DNA of 64,000 bases, from the NCBI GenBank assembly GCA_044342075.1, contig JBIIQM010000004.1, positions 210-64,209 of the forward strand. Reading direction: 5' to 3'. This document shows, piece after piece, positions 49,107 to 57,157 of the stretch. Below the pieces are notes generated by a model. That model was not told the origin of the DNA. It did not search any database and saw nothing but the letters and a program-made list of their open reading frames with translations. The position numbers and the translations under genes were made by a program. The DNA comes from Pirellulales bacterium. GTDB lineage: Bacteria; Planctomycetota; Planctomycetia; Pirellulales; UBA1268. Numbering within the stretch: the stretch's first letter is position 1; each line of letters begins with the position of its first letter.

Positions 49107-49148
49107 CCTCGCCGCAGCGACGCAGCGCTGCGGCGAGGCCGTTTTTTC
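49107..49148 (+). terminator. Rho-independent terminator of the ECF operon
   Basis: Perfect 13-bp GC-rich stem (cctcgccgcagcg / cgctgcggcgagg), a 6-nt loop, then cc + TTTTTT (49142..49147). Confidence 0.8.
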
Positions 49149-49242
49149 GCTGTGTCCTTCCCGTCCATCTGGACGGTCCGCGCAGATGTGAGATAGAAGT
49201 TCATGCTTGCGGCCGCTGGTAGCAGGGCAGGAGTGAACATGC

Positions 49243-50562
49243 ATGATCGACCGTGAACGGGCCGATGGGTGGCCATGGCCGCTTCGGGTGGCTTTTCGCT
49301 TTCTCTTCGTCTACTTCTGCCTCTCGTTCTTCTCGGCGATCCTGAAGCTGGTGCCAATGCTCGGCATGGTCGGGTACTGGTTTGACCAGCAGGTGCGGCC
49401 GCTCTACGTGTGGCTCGGCCGCGCGGTATTCGGCGTCGAGATCACGGTGTTCCCGGGCGGTTCGGGCGACACGACCTACAACTGGGTGCAGGTCGCCGTG
49501 CACCTGGCGTTCGCGGCGATCGCAGCCGCCGTGTGGACCGCCGTCGATTGGCGCCGCACCGCCTATCCCTGGCTTCGGGACGGGCTGTGGATCGCGATGC
49601 GGTTCGTGCTGGCCAGCGCGATGTTCGGATATGGGTTCAACAAGGTGTTCAGACTGCAGTTTGGCGCGCTGGAAACAGGCCGGATGCTGCAGACCTACGG
49701 CGAGTCGTCGCCGATGGGTCTGTTGTGGACCTTCATGGCCGCGAGCGGGCCTTACCAGATGGCCGCCGGCTGGGCGGAAGTGATTGGGGGAATCCTGCTG
49801 TGCTTCCGCCACACGCAGCTGCTCGGGGCGCTCTGGACGGCCGCTGTCATGGCGAACGTGTTTCTGCTGAACCTCTGCTACGACGTGCCCGTCAAGCTCT
49901 ATTCGTTTCACCTCCTGGCGACCGCACTGGTGATCGCCGCGCCCGACCTGCCGCGTCTCGGACGGCTATTTTTCCTGAATCGACCCGTTGAATCGGGGAA
50001 CCTGCAAGGGCCGTGGACGAATCCGAGGCTGCGACGGATCGCCTGCGGTGTGAAGATCGCGTGGCTGGTGACCATGGTGTCGTTTTCGGTCTGGGGAAAC
50101 GCACAATACGCGGCGATGCTCGCCCCGGCCCCGGCGGAGGGCAGCCTGGACGGCACGTGGCGAGTCAGGGAGTTCCGCCGCGACGGCCAGGAAATCCCTC
50201 CCCTGGTGACCGACAAGACCCGCTGGCGGTTCTTCAGCCTTGCGAGTCCGCGCAGTCCGGGGATCACGTGGAAGCTTGGGGCCGTGAGCGACATGACAGG
50301 GGGCAATCGGCGCTGGAGGGTGGTCGTTCAGGATGAAACGCTGGTGCTCCATGACTGGGATGCAGCCTTCGGCAGCGATCTCTCGAAGGCGAAAACCGCC
50401 GGCACGCTGGTGGCCACGCAGGATGGCGACGGCGTTTTGCGGCTCAGCGGCGACTTCGACGGCGCACGGATCGAGGCAGTCTGCGACCGCGTGAAGCCGC
50501 AAGAGTTCCTGCTGATCAATCGCGGATTCCACTGGGTGAACGAGAAGCCGTTCAATCGGTGA
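49243..50562 (+). CDS. Integral membrane protein (DoxX-like N-terminal half) with soluble C-terminal domain
   Basis: AGGAG (49229..49233) lies 9 nt before the ATG. Multiple helices (FRFLFVYFCLSFF..., WAEVIGGILLCF). About 190 aa of soluble C-terminus. Family call tentative. Confidence 0.7.
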   Translation: MIDRERADGWPWPLRVAFRFLFVYFCLSFFSAILKLVPMLGMVGYWFDQQVRPLYVWLGRAVFGVEITVFPGGSGDTTYNWVQVAVHLAFAAIAAAVWTAVDWRRTAYPWLRDGLWIAMRFVLASAMFGYGFNKVFRLQFGALETGRMLQTYGESSPMGLLWTFMAASGPYQMAAGWAEVIGGILLCFRHTQLLGALWTAAVMANVFLLNLCYDVPVKLYSFHLLATALVIAAPDLPRLGRLFFLNRPVESGNLQGPWTNPRLRRIACGVKIAWLVTMVSFSVWGNAQYAAMLAPAPAEGSLDGTWRVREFRRDGQEIPPLVTDKTRWRFFSLASPRSPGITWKLGAVSDMTGGNRRWRVVVQDETLVLHDWDAAFGSDLSKAKTAGTLVATQDGDGVLRLSGDFDGARIEAVCDRVKPQEFLLINRGFHWVNEKPFNR

Positions 50563-50565
50563 GCG

Positions 50566-50641
50566 GCGTCACGACTCTTTTCCGGCCCACCTTCAGCGGA
50601 AACGGGCACTTTTCGAACGGAAAAGAGTCCTGACACCTTTT
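50566..50641. repeat. Repeat family E palindromic element (degenerate left arm)
   Basis: gcgtcacgactcttttcc ... ggaaaagagtcctgacacctttt. Fills the gap between two convergent stops. Confidence 0.8.
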
Positions 50642-51771
50642 CAGTACACGCCCACGGTCGTCGTCGCCGCCAGGGCGCGGAAGGGGCGGACGCCGCTGAT
50701 GCCGTCCCACGGGTATTTCGCGTAGGGGAGTTCGCGCTCGCCTTCGTCGCGCTCGAGGAAGCCGGGGATGAACGTCTCCTTCGTGAGCGTCGTGAGGCGG
50801 ACGCGGCCGGTGCCGCCGTAGGGGACGAGCTCGTCGGGATGGTCGAAGTCGACGACCTCGATCACGGCCCGCGGCTGCGGCGCGTAGTAGGCGATCGTGT
50901 AGCCGTCGGCAGGCACGACGGGACGTGAGGCTGCGAGTCCCATGAGCGTGTTGCCGTAGGTCGGGGTCATATAGGCCCCATCAAGCAGCTCCTCGACCGC
51001 GAAGCGGGTCCACTGCGGTGTGAACTCGGTGCCGCCGGAAAAGATGCCGGTGATCCCCGCCTTGCGGATCGTCGTGCCCTTCTTCTCGAGCGCAAGCGCC
51101 AGGGCTTCGAGCAGCTTCGGCGTCGTGAACATGCAGCGGATGTCGTGGCCGGCCTCGAGGATCGTGATCGCCTGGTCGATGCAGTGCTGCTTGTAGGCCT
51201 CGAGGTGCTCCATCCAGCCCTTCTGGATGAGCTTGATCACCCAGCGCGGGTCGAGGTCGACGCAGAAGCAGATGCCGCCGCGATACTGCGCGAGGTGCTC
51301 GATCGAGAGCCGCAGCCGCCGCGGGCCGGAGGGGCCGAGCATCAGCCAGTTGGCCCCCTTCGGAAAATATTCCTCGGGGAGCGTGTCGCTGAACATCTCG
51401 TAGTCGGTGCGGAAGTCGCTGGAGTTGTATCGCGACTTCGGGGTGCCCGTCGTGCCGCCGGTCTCGAAGACATATGCCGGCTGATCGGCGAGTGCCTTCG
51501 GCACCCAGCGGCGAACCGGACCGCCGCGGAGCCACTCATCCTCGAACGGCGGAAACTTTTTCAGGTCCGCGTAGCACTTCACGTCGGTGAGCGGGTTGAA
51601 GGGGAGTAACTTGGCGTACTCCAGCCAGAACGGGCAGCCAGTGGACTCGTGAAAGTGCCAGGCCATCATCTCGACGGTATGCGCGTCGAGCACGGCGCGG
51701 GCTTTCGCGATGTCCGCGTCGTCGGCGACGGCGAATACCGGCTGCTTGGCGGCGGAGGTGTCCGGGGCCAT
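50641..51771 (-). CDS. Adenylate-forming enzyme, phenylacetate-CoA-ligase / F390-synthetase-like
   Basis: ATG at 51771 within ORF 50641..51945. FETGGTTGTPK resembles the AMP-binding P-loop (SSGTTGxPK) of PaaK-like ligases. 376 aa. Confidence 0.65.
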   Translation of the reverse strand: MAPDTSAAKQPVFAVADDADIAKARAVLDAHTVEMMAWHFHESTGCPFWLEYAKLLPFNPLTDVKCYADLKKFPPFEDEWLRGGPVRRWVPKALADQPAYVFETGGTTGTPKSRYNSSDFRTDYEMFSDTLPEEYFPKGANWLMLGPSGPRRLRLSIEHLAQYRGGICFCVDLDPRWVIKLIQKGWMEHLEAYKQHCIDQAITILEAGHDIRCMFTTPKLLEALALALEKKGTTIRKAGITGIFSGGTEFTPQWTRFAVEELLDGAYMTPTYGNTLMGLAASRPVVPADGYTIAYYAPQPRAVIEVVDFDHPDELVPYGGTGRVRLTTLTKETFIPGFLERDEGERELPYAKYPWDGISGVRPFRALAATTTVGVY

Positions 51772-51784
51772 GGTTGGGCAGGGC

Positions 51785-52240
51785 TCAGGAGGGAGGCAGC
51801 GGGGCGCCGAGTTGGGAAAAGAGCTGTAGCACGCCGTTGAAGTGGGCGAGTCGCGGGCCGTAGCGGTCGATGAACTCGCCGAGGGCATATTCGCTATCGG
51901 TGAAGTCCTCCGCGTTTTCCGCCGCATCGCGGGCGATGCCGGCAAGAAACTCGGTATGCACCTTGGCGAGCGATTCGGCGGCCTGTCGGCACGACGCGGC
52001 GAGTTCGGGATTGGCTTCCTTCCAGGCCTTGAGTTCCGCCATCCGCTGCCGCTGCTGCAGCGATACCTGGTTGAGCAGTTCGCCGAGCAGTTCGCACGAC
52101 TTCCCCTGGAGGGCGACCATGTCGCGCAGGAGCCGGTTGGTCTCGGCCAGGTCGCCAGGCGACGCCGAGCCGGCCGAGGAGGCCGCGATCGAGTTTGCCG
52201 AAATGTCGAACTGAGTGAATCCCGGGGGGCCGTCGTGCAT
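51785..52240 (-). CDS. Hypothetical alpha-helical protein
   Basis: ATG at 52240. The ORF part upstream of it is repeat E. Stop lies 13 nt before the ligase-like gene. No motif recognised. Confidence 0.55.
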   Translation of the reverse strand: MHDGPPGFTQFDISANSIAASSAGSASPGDLAETNRLLRDMVALQGKSCELLGELLNQVSLQQRQRMAELKAWKEANPELAASCRQAAESLAKVHTEFLAGIARDAAENAEDFTDSEYALGEFIDRYGPRLAHFNGVLQLFSQLGAPLPPS

Positions 52241-52259
52241 GGGATGGTTCCAAAGGATG

Positions 52260-52342
52260 AAAAAGGTGTCAGGACTCTTTTCCCTTCGAGAGACCCCTTT
52301 CCCGAAAAATTCGGGCCCGGAAAAGAGTCCTGACACCTTTTT
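52260..52342. repeat. Repeat family E palindromic element (complete)
   Basis: aaaaaggtgtcaggactcttttcc (52260..52283) and ggaaaagagtcctgacaccttttt (52319..52342) are perfect 24-nt inverted arms. The 35-nt centre carries the mini-hairpin cccgaaaaattcggg. Confidence 0.92.
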
Positions 52343-52596
52343 CAATCATCGTAGGCACAATCGCGCGGCTTTGCCATGAATCGTGCCGCCATCCGGGAGT
52401 TTTTCGCGATGGGCCGTCAGGGTTTCCCCAGTTTCAAGCGACCCTGCCGCGCCGCCCCGGCGGCATGCCCGCCCGCGGCCGCCGCTCAAGTGGCCGGCGG
52501 AGATGCCCGATGCAAGCCTTCGGAGACTTCGAATCGGTCGCACCGGCGCAGGGAAGCGTTCGGTACGGCCGCGGTCTCGGGAGCCGGAGCGCACGC

Positions 52597-53121
52597 ATGG
52601 AGCAGACCCCCGCTGAGCAGCCGGTCGACTTGGTTTTTGGCTTCCTGACGGCCGTCGATTCGCCGTCGCACGGCCTGTTTGGCGGCTACCTGCTCGTGGA
52701 TCCAGCCGGCCGCCCGCTCGAGTTTCACTGCACGGCGCCGGTCAAGGTCTCGCGGGCTCAGCAGATCCTCTATGGCGCCACGCTCCAGAGCCACCTGCAT
52801 GGGCGGCAGATCGGGGCCACGCTGCTCGCCGAGGGAACGGTCGCGCCGGAATTGGTGCTCACCGATTTCGAACCGATGCTGCACGTGCGATCGCACACGA
52901 GCCTGCCGGTGGCGCTCGTGACGCGGGCCGACGCCGCGGCGGCTCCGACAGCCGGCGCGACCAGCTTCGCGGTCGGCTCGGTTTCCGTCAGCCCCCACGC
53001 TCAGGACGCCGGTCTCGGGGACGCGCTGCGGCAGAAGCTCGAATCGCTCGTGGCGTCGGTCGATCTCGCCGAGCCGTTCGAGCGGATCCGCGCCGCGATC
53101 GAAGAAGCCCAACGGCATTGA
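52597..53121 (+). CDS. Hypothetical protein (174 aa) coupled to the SNF2 ATPase
   Basis: ATG at 52597 (MEQTPAEQPVDLVFGFL...). GC3 bias is strong from here on and weaker upstream. The stop overlaps the TTG start of the next gene (TTGA 53118..53121). Confidence 0.6.
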   Translation: MEQTPAEQPVDLVFGFLTAVDSPSHGLFGGYLLVDPAGRPLEFHCTAPVKVSRAQQILYGATLQSHLHGRQIGATLLAEGTVAPELVLTDFEPMLHVRSHTSLPVALVTRADAAAAPTAGATSFAVGSVSVSPHAQDAGLGDALRQKLESLVASVDLAEPFERIRAAIEEAQRH

Positions 53122-54914
53122 GCCGCACGTCCGAGGCAGCCATGGATTCGCACGCAGGCTCGGTCCGCTCGTGGCGCCGGGACGATCTCCTGATCGCCTC
53201 GAAGGGCGCGCTTGCGCGGCTCGACCCGCGGCTGACGGCGCCGGCCGCGCTGCGGCTTCCGATCGACGTGCCCAAGCCCTCCGTGATGCACGTCGAGATC
53301 TTCGCCCGGCCGCCCGCCGTCAACAGCTTTCAGTTCGCCCGGGCTGAAGAGCCCGCCGCGCGGCCGCCGCGTGTGGCACGCTCGCGGTCCGTCGAGCCGC
53401 CCTCCGACGAGCCGTCCGCGGCGGCTGCCGATGGCCCGCCGGCTGCCGATGCCGCAGCGCCCAAGCGCACCCGCATCGCGCCGCCGCGCGACGTGGTGAA
53501 GCTTTCGGAGCGGTTCTTCTTCCTGCTGCAGCCCGATCTCGAATCGATCCTCGAGACGAGCAGCCTCGCGTTTCCACGGCAGCCGTTTCCATTTCAGCTC
53601 GACGGCATGGCGTTTCTCGTGCCGCGGCACGGCGCCGTGCTCGCCGACGAGATGGGCCTGGGCAAGTCGATGCAGGCGATCTCGTCGTTGCGGCTGCTCG
53701 TGCGATCGGGCGAGGCGCGGCGGGTGCTCGTCGTCTGCCCGAAGGGGCTCGTCTCGAATTGGACGCGGGAACTCGCCGACTGGGCGCCGGAACTGCTGGT
53801 CGCCGTCATCGAAGGAGATCCGCAGCGCCGCCGCTGGCAGTGGTCGCTCGAAGACGTGCCGGTGAAGGTCGCGAACTACGAGGCGGTGGTGCGCGACCGG
53901 GACCTCGTGGCCGAACTGGGCCTCGAGTTCGACCTCGTCGTCCTCGACGAGGCGCAGCGGATCAAGAATCGCACGAGCAACACGAGCGAGGCGGTGCGGG
54001 CGCTGCGCCGCAAGCGCAGCTGGGCGCTCACGGGCACGCCCGTGGAAAACCGCGCCGAGGACCTCGTCTCCCTGTTCGAGTTCGTCGCCCCGGGCCATCT
54101 CAACGATCGGATGCCGCCGCGGGCGCTCGGCGCCGCCGCGGCCGACCACGTGCTGCGGCGGACGAAAGACAAGGTGCTCAAGGACATGCCGCCGCGGATG
54201 AATCGTGACGAACGGATCGAGCTCACGGCGGAGCAGCGGGAGACCTACCGCCGCGCCGAAGAGGAGGGAGTGCTCCGGCTCTCCGCGCTCGGACAAGAGG
54301 CGACGATCCAAAATGTCTTCGAGCTCGTGCTGCGGCTCAAGCAGATCTGCAATTTCGACACGGCCACCGGCGAGAGCGCGAAGCTCGACTGCCTCGAGGC
54401 GGAGCTCGAGGAGATCCAGGCCAGCGGTAAGAAGTCGCTCGTCTTCAGCCAGTGGGTCGAGACCCTCGGCCGGCTCGAGAAGCGGCTCGCACGGTTCGGC
54501 GCGCTCGAATACCACGGCGGCATGTCCACGGCCGCGCGGGACGAGGCGATTCGGCGTTTCAAGCACGACAAAAAGCACAACGTGCTGCTGCTTTCCTACG
54601 GCGCCGGCGCCGTAGGTCTGAACCTGCAATTCTCGCAATACGTCTTCCTCTTCGACCGCTGGTGGAATCCCGCGATCGAAGATCAGGCGATCAACCGCGC
54701 CCATCGCATCGGCGCGGCGGGCGCCGTCACGGTGACGAGATACCTCTCGGCCGACACGATCGAGGAGCGGATCGACGAGGTGCTGCGCAAGAAGCGCGAC
54801 CTCTCCGACACGATCCTCTCGCAGGCGGAAGCCCCGGCCTCGAGCGGCCTCACGACCGAGGACCTCTTCGCCCTCTTCAAGCTCGCCCCACCGAAACGCG
54901 CCGCTGCCGCGTAG
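53118..54914 (+). CDS. SNF2-family DNA-dependent ATPase/helicase
   Basis: Motifs LADEMGLGKS (I), DLVVLDEAQRIKN (II), LTGTPVENR (III), and a C-terminal helicase lobe (LLLSYGAGAVGLNLQ, QAINRAHRIGA). Has a ~170-aa N-terminal region of unknown type. Start is TTG 53118 or ATG 53142. Confidence 0.88.
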   Translation: MSRTSEAAMDSHAGSVRSWRRDDLLIASKGALARLDPRLTAPAALRLPIDVPKPSVMHVEIFARPPAVNSFQFARAEEPAARPPRVARSRSVEPPSDEPSAAAADGPPAADAAAPKRTRIAPPRDVVKLSERFFFLLQPDLESILETSSLAFPRQPFPFQLDGMAFLVPRHGAVLADEMGLGKSMQAISSLRLLVRSGEARRVLVVCPKGLVSNWTRELADWAPELLVAVIEGDPQRRRWQWSLEDVPVKVANYEAVVRDRDLVAELGLEFDLVVLDEAQRIKNRTSNTSEAVRALRRKRSWALTGTPVENRAEDLVSLFEFVAPGHLNDRMPPRALGAAAADHVLRRTKDKVLKDMPPRMNRDERIELTAEQRETYRRAEEEGVLRLSALGQEATIQNVFELVLRLKQICNFDTATGESAKLDCLEAELEEIQASGKKSLVFSQWVETLGRLEKRLARFGALEYHGGMSTAARDEAIRRFKHDKKHNVLLLSYGAGAVGLNLQFSQYVFLFDRWWNPAIEDQAINRAHRIGAAGAVTVTRYLSADTIEERIDEVLRKKRDLSDTILSQAEAPASSGLTTEDLFALFKLAPPKRAAAA

Positions 54915-55049
54915 GGTAGGCTTCAGCCTGCCTATCAACTCGCCCAACCCGGCCCGGGGCTGCCCGCATTCTCGTAGGACAGGCCTCTGTGCCTGTCTCG
55001 CATCAGACAGGCTTCGGCCTGCTTGGTGACAGGCTGAAGCCTGTCCTAC
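54911..55049. repeat. REP-A cluster plus solo head of element C
   Basis: gtagggtaggcttcagcctgcc (54911..54932, contains the SNF2 stop TAG). C head tatcaactcgcccaacccggcccggggctgc (54933..54973). Variant gtaggacaggcctctgtgcctgtc (54974..54997). A degenerate unit (55006..55026). The inverted gacaggctgaagcctgtcctac (55028..55049). Confidence 0.88.
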
Positions 55050-55217
55050 TGAAAAGGGAGGCTTCGGGTGACCCGTACCCCGCTCGCCGGCGTTGGCGGC
55101 AAGCGAAGGCAGGATGCCGAGAGCGCAGCCGCCATCGAGCGAGCGAAGGACAGGATGTCCGTAGCGAGCGTCCGGCGACGGGGTACGGGTCGCCCGAAGC
55201 CGGATTGGGCGCGTTGA
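55050..55217 (-). repeat. Element C, subtype I (inverted), fused to REP-A
   Basis: The reverse complement is nearly identical to 10215..10382. Confidence 0.9.
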
Positions 55218-55269
55218 CGCATGACCGGCTGAAGCTGGCCCACGTTTCGTGGTTGGTACACTCAAAGGC

Positions 55270-57129
55270 ATGGCGTGCCGCTACGACTATGACGTGCTCG
55301 TGATCGGCGCCGGTCATGCCGGCGTGGAGGCGGCCTGCGCGGCGGCGCGGCTCGGGGCGCGGACGGCGCTGCTCACGGCGAATTGCGACACCGTCGGTCA
55401 GATGAGCTGCAACCCGGCGATCGGCGGCGTCGGCAAGGCGCAACTCGTCCGCGAGGTCGATGCGCTCGGCGGCGTGATGGCGGAGGCGATCGACGCGACG
55501 GGCATCCAGTTTCGCGTGCTCAACCGTTCGAAGGGGCCCGCGATGCACGGCCCGCGGGCGCAGGCCGACAAGAAGCTCTACCAGATGGAGGTGAAGCGGA
55601 TCGTCGAAGAGACCGCGAACCTCGAATTGCGGCAGGAGACGGTCGAGGACCTGATCGTCGAGCCGCTAGATCAGCCGGGGCTAGATCAGCCCGGGCATGG
55701 TCGGCCGGCATGGCGGGTGACGGGCGTGCGGGTCCGCGGCGACGCGGAATATCGCGCGGCGGCCGTCGTGCTGACGACCGGCACGTTTCTCCAGGCGGTG
55801 ATGCATACGGGCGAAGCGAAGACGCCCGGTGGCAGGGCAGGGGAGGGCACGACGAGCGGCGTGAGCCGGGCGCTCGAGCGGCTCGGCATCCGCATCGATC
55901 GCTTCAAGACCGGCACGCCCTGTCGGCTACTCGCGCGGTCGATCGACTTCTCGCAGCTCGACGTGCAGCCCGGCGACGCGGAGCCGCAGCCGTTCTCGTT
56001 TCTCACCGACCGCATCGACCGCGAGCAGCTCGTCTGCTGGATCACGCGGACGACGCCGGAAATTCACGAGCTCATTCGCGCGAATCTCCATCGCGCGCCG
56101 ATGTACACCGGCCAGATCGAGTCGCGCGGGCCCCGCTATTGCCCGAGCATCGAAGACAAGGTCGTGCGATTCGCGGATCGCGATAGCCATCAATTGTTTC
56201 TGGAGCCCGAGGGGCGGCGGACGCAGGAGATCTACGTCAACGGCATCTCGACGAGCCTGCCCCGCGACGTGCAAGACGCGATGATCCGGATGGTGCCCGG
56301 GCTCGAGCGGGCGCAGGTGATGCGGTATGGCTACGCGGTCGAATATGACTACTGCCCACCCGACCAGCTCACCGTGGCGCTCGAAAGCAAGCGGGCGGCG
56401 GGGCTCTTCTGTGCGGGGCAGATCAACGGCACGACGGGCTACGAGGAGGCGGCCGCGCAGGGGATCGTTGCCGGCACAAATGCCGCGCTCGCCGTCGCGG
56501 GCCGCGAGCCGCTCCTGCTCGAGCGGGAGGAGTCGTACATCGGCGTCCTGATCGACGATCTCGTCACCCGCGGTGTCGATGAGCCCTACCGGATGTTTAC
56601 GAGCCGCGCCGAGCACCGGCTTGCCCTGCGGCACGACAACGCCGATCGCCGGCTCACGCCGCGGGCGGCCGAGCTCGGGCTCGCCCAGCCGGAGCGAATC
56701 GCCCGGCTCGGGGCGAAGACGGCCGAGATCGAGGCGACGCTTGGCGTGCTTGCCGCGCACCGAGTCGGCGGTGTGTCGCTCGCCGAGCTGCTCAAGCGGC
56801 CCGAGTTTGGCTGGGAGGAGGCCGTCGCGGCGCTGCCTTCGCTCGCCGGCGTGTCGCGGGATGCGGCGGGGCAGATCGCCAGCGACATTCGCTACGCCGG
56901 CTACCTCGCGCTCGAGCGGGAGCAGATCGAGCGGCGCCGGAAGCAGGGGGCGCGGGTGATTCCGGAGGGGCTCGATTACGCGGCCGTACGGCACCTGCGG
57001 GCCGAGGCTCGTGAAAAACTCGAGCGTGTGCGGCCGCGGACGCTCGAGCAGGCGGGCCGCGTGAGCGGGATCACGCCGGCCGATCTCGCGCTCGTGCTCG
57101 TCCACCTCGAGGGACGCGGCGGGGCGTAA
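55270..57129 (+). CDS. mnmG: tRNA uridine 5-carboxymethylaminomethyl modification enzyme MnmG (GidA)
   Basis: ATG at 55270 (MACRYDYDVLVIGAGHAGVEAA). MSCNPAIGG, RYCPSIEDK and GQINGTTGYEEAAAQG. Confidence 0.95.
   Translation: MACRYDYDVLVIGAGHAGVEAACAAARLGARTALLTANCDTVGQMSCNPAIGGVGKAQLVREVDALGGVMAEAIDATGIQFRVLNRSKGPAMHGPRAQADKKLYQMEVKRIVEETANLELRQETVEDLIVEPLDQPGLDQPGHGRPAWRVTGVRVRGDAEYRAAAVVLTTGTFLQAVMHTGEAKTPGGRAGEGTTSGVSRALERLGIRIDRFKTGTPCRLLARSIDFSQLDVQPGDAEPQPFSFLTDRIDREQLVCWITRTTPEIHELIRANLHRAPMYTGQIESRGPRYCPSIEDKVVRFADRDSHQLFLEPEGRRTQEIYVNGISTSLPRDVQDAMIRMVPGLERAQVMRYGYAVEYDYCPPDQLTVALESKRAAGLFCAGQINGTTGYEEAAAQGIVAGTNAALAVAGREPLLLEREESYIGVLIDDLVTRGVDEPYRMFTSRAEHRLALRHDNADRRLTPRAAELGLAQPERIARLGAKTAEIEATLGVLAAHRVGGVSLAELLKRPEFGWEEAVAALPSLAGVSRDAAGQIASDIRYAGYLALEREQIERRRKQGARVIPEGLDYAAVRHLRAEAREKLERVRPRTLEQAGRVSGITPADLALVLVHLEGRGGA
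55666..55695 (+). repeat. 15-bp imperfect tandem duplication inside mnmG
   Basis: ctagatcagccgggg / ctagatcagcccggg, giving LDQPG-LDQPG. Confidence 0.9.
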
Positions 57130-57157
57130 GCCCGGCTTGCGGCTAAATAGCTCCGCC

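Noticed and set aside
52346-52596. Several 70-90-aa ORFs on both strands, and the possible upstream starts (52465, 52510) of the 174-aa gene.
   Set aside because: Third-position GC bias is weak here compared with downstream of 52597, and the translations are Arg/Pro-rich. The region is treated as a divergent promoter region.
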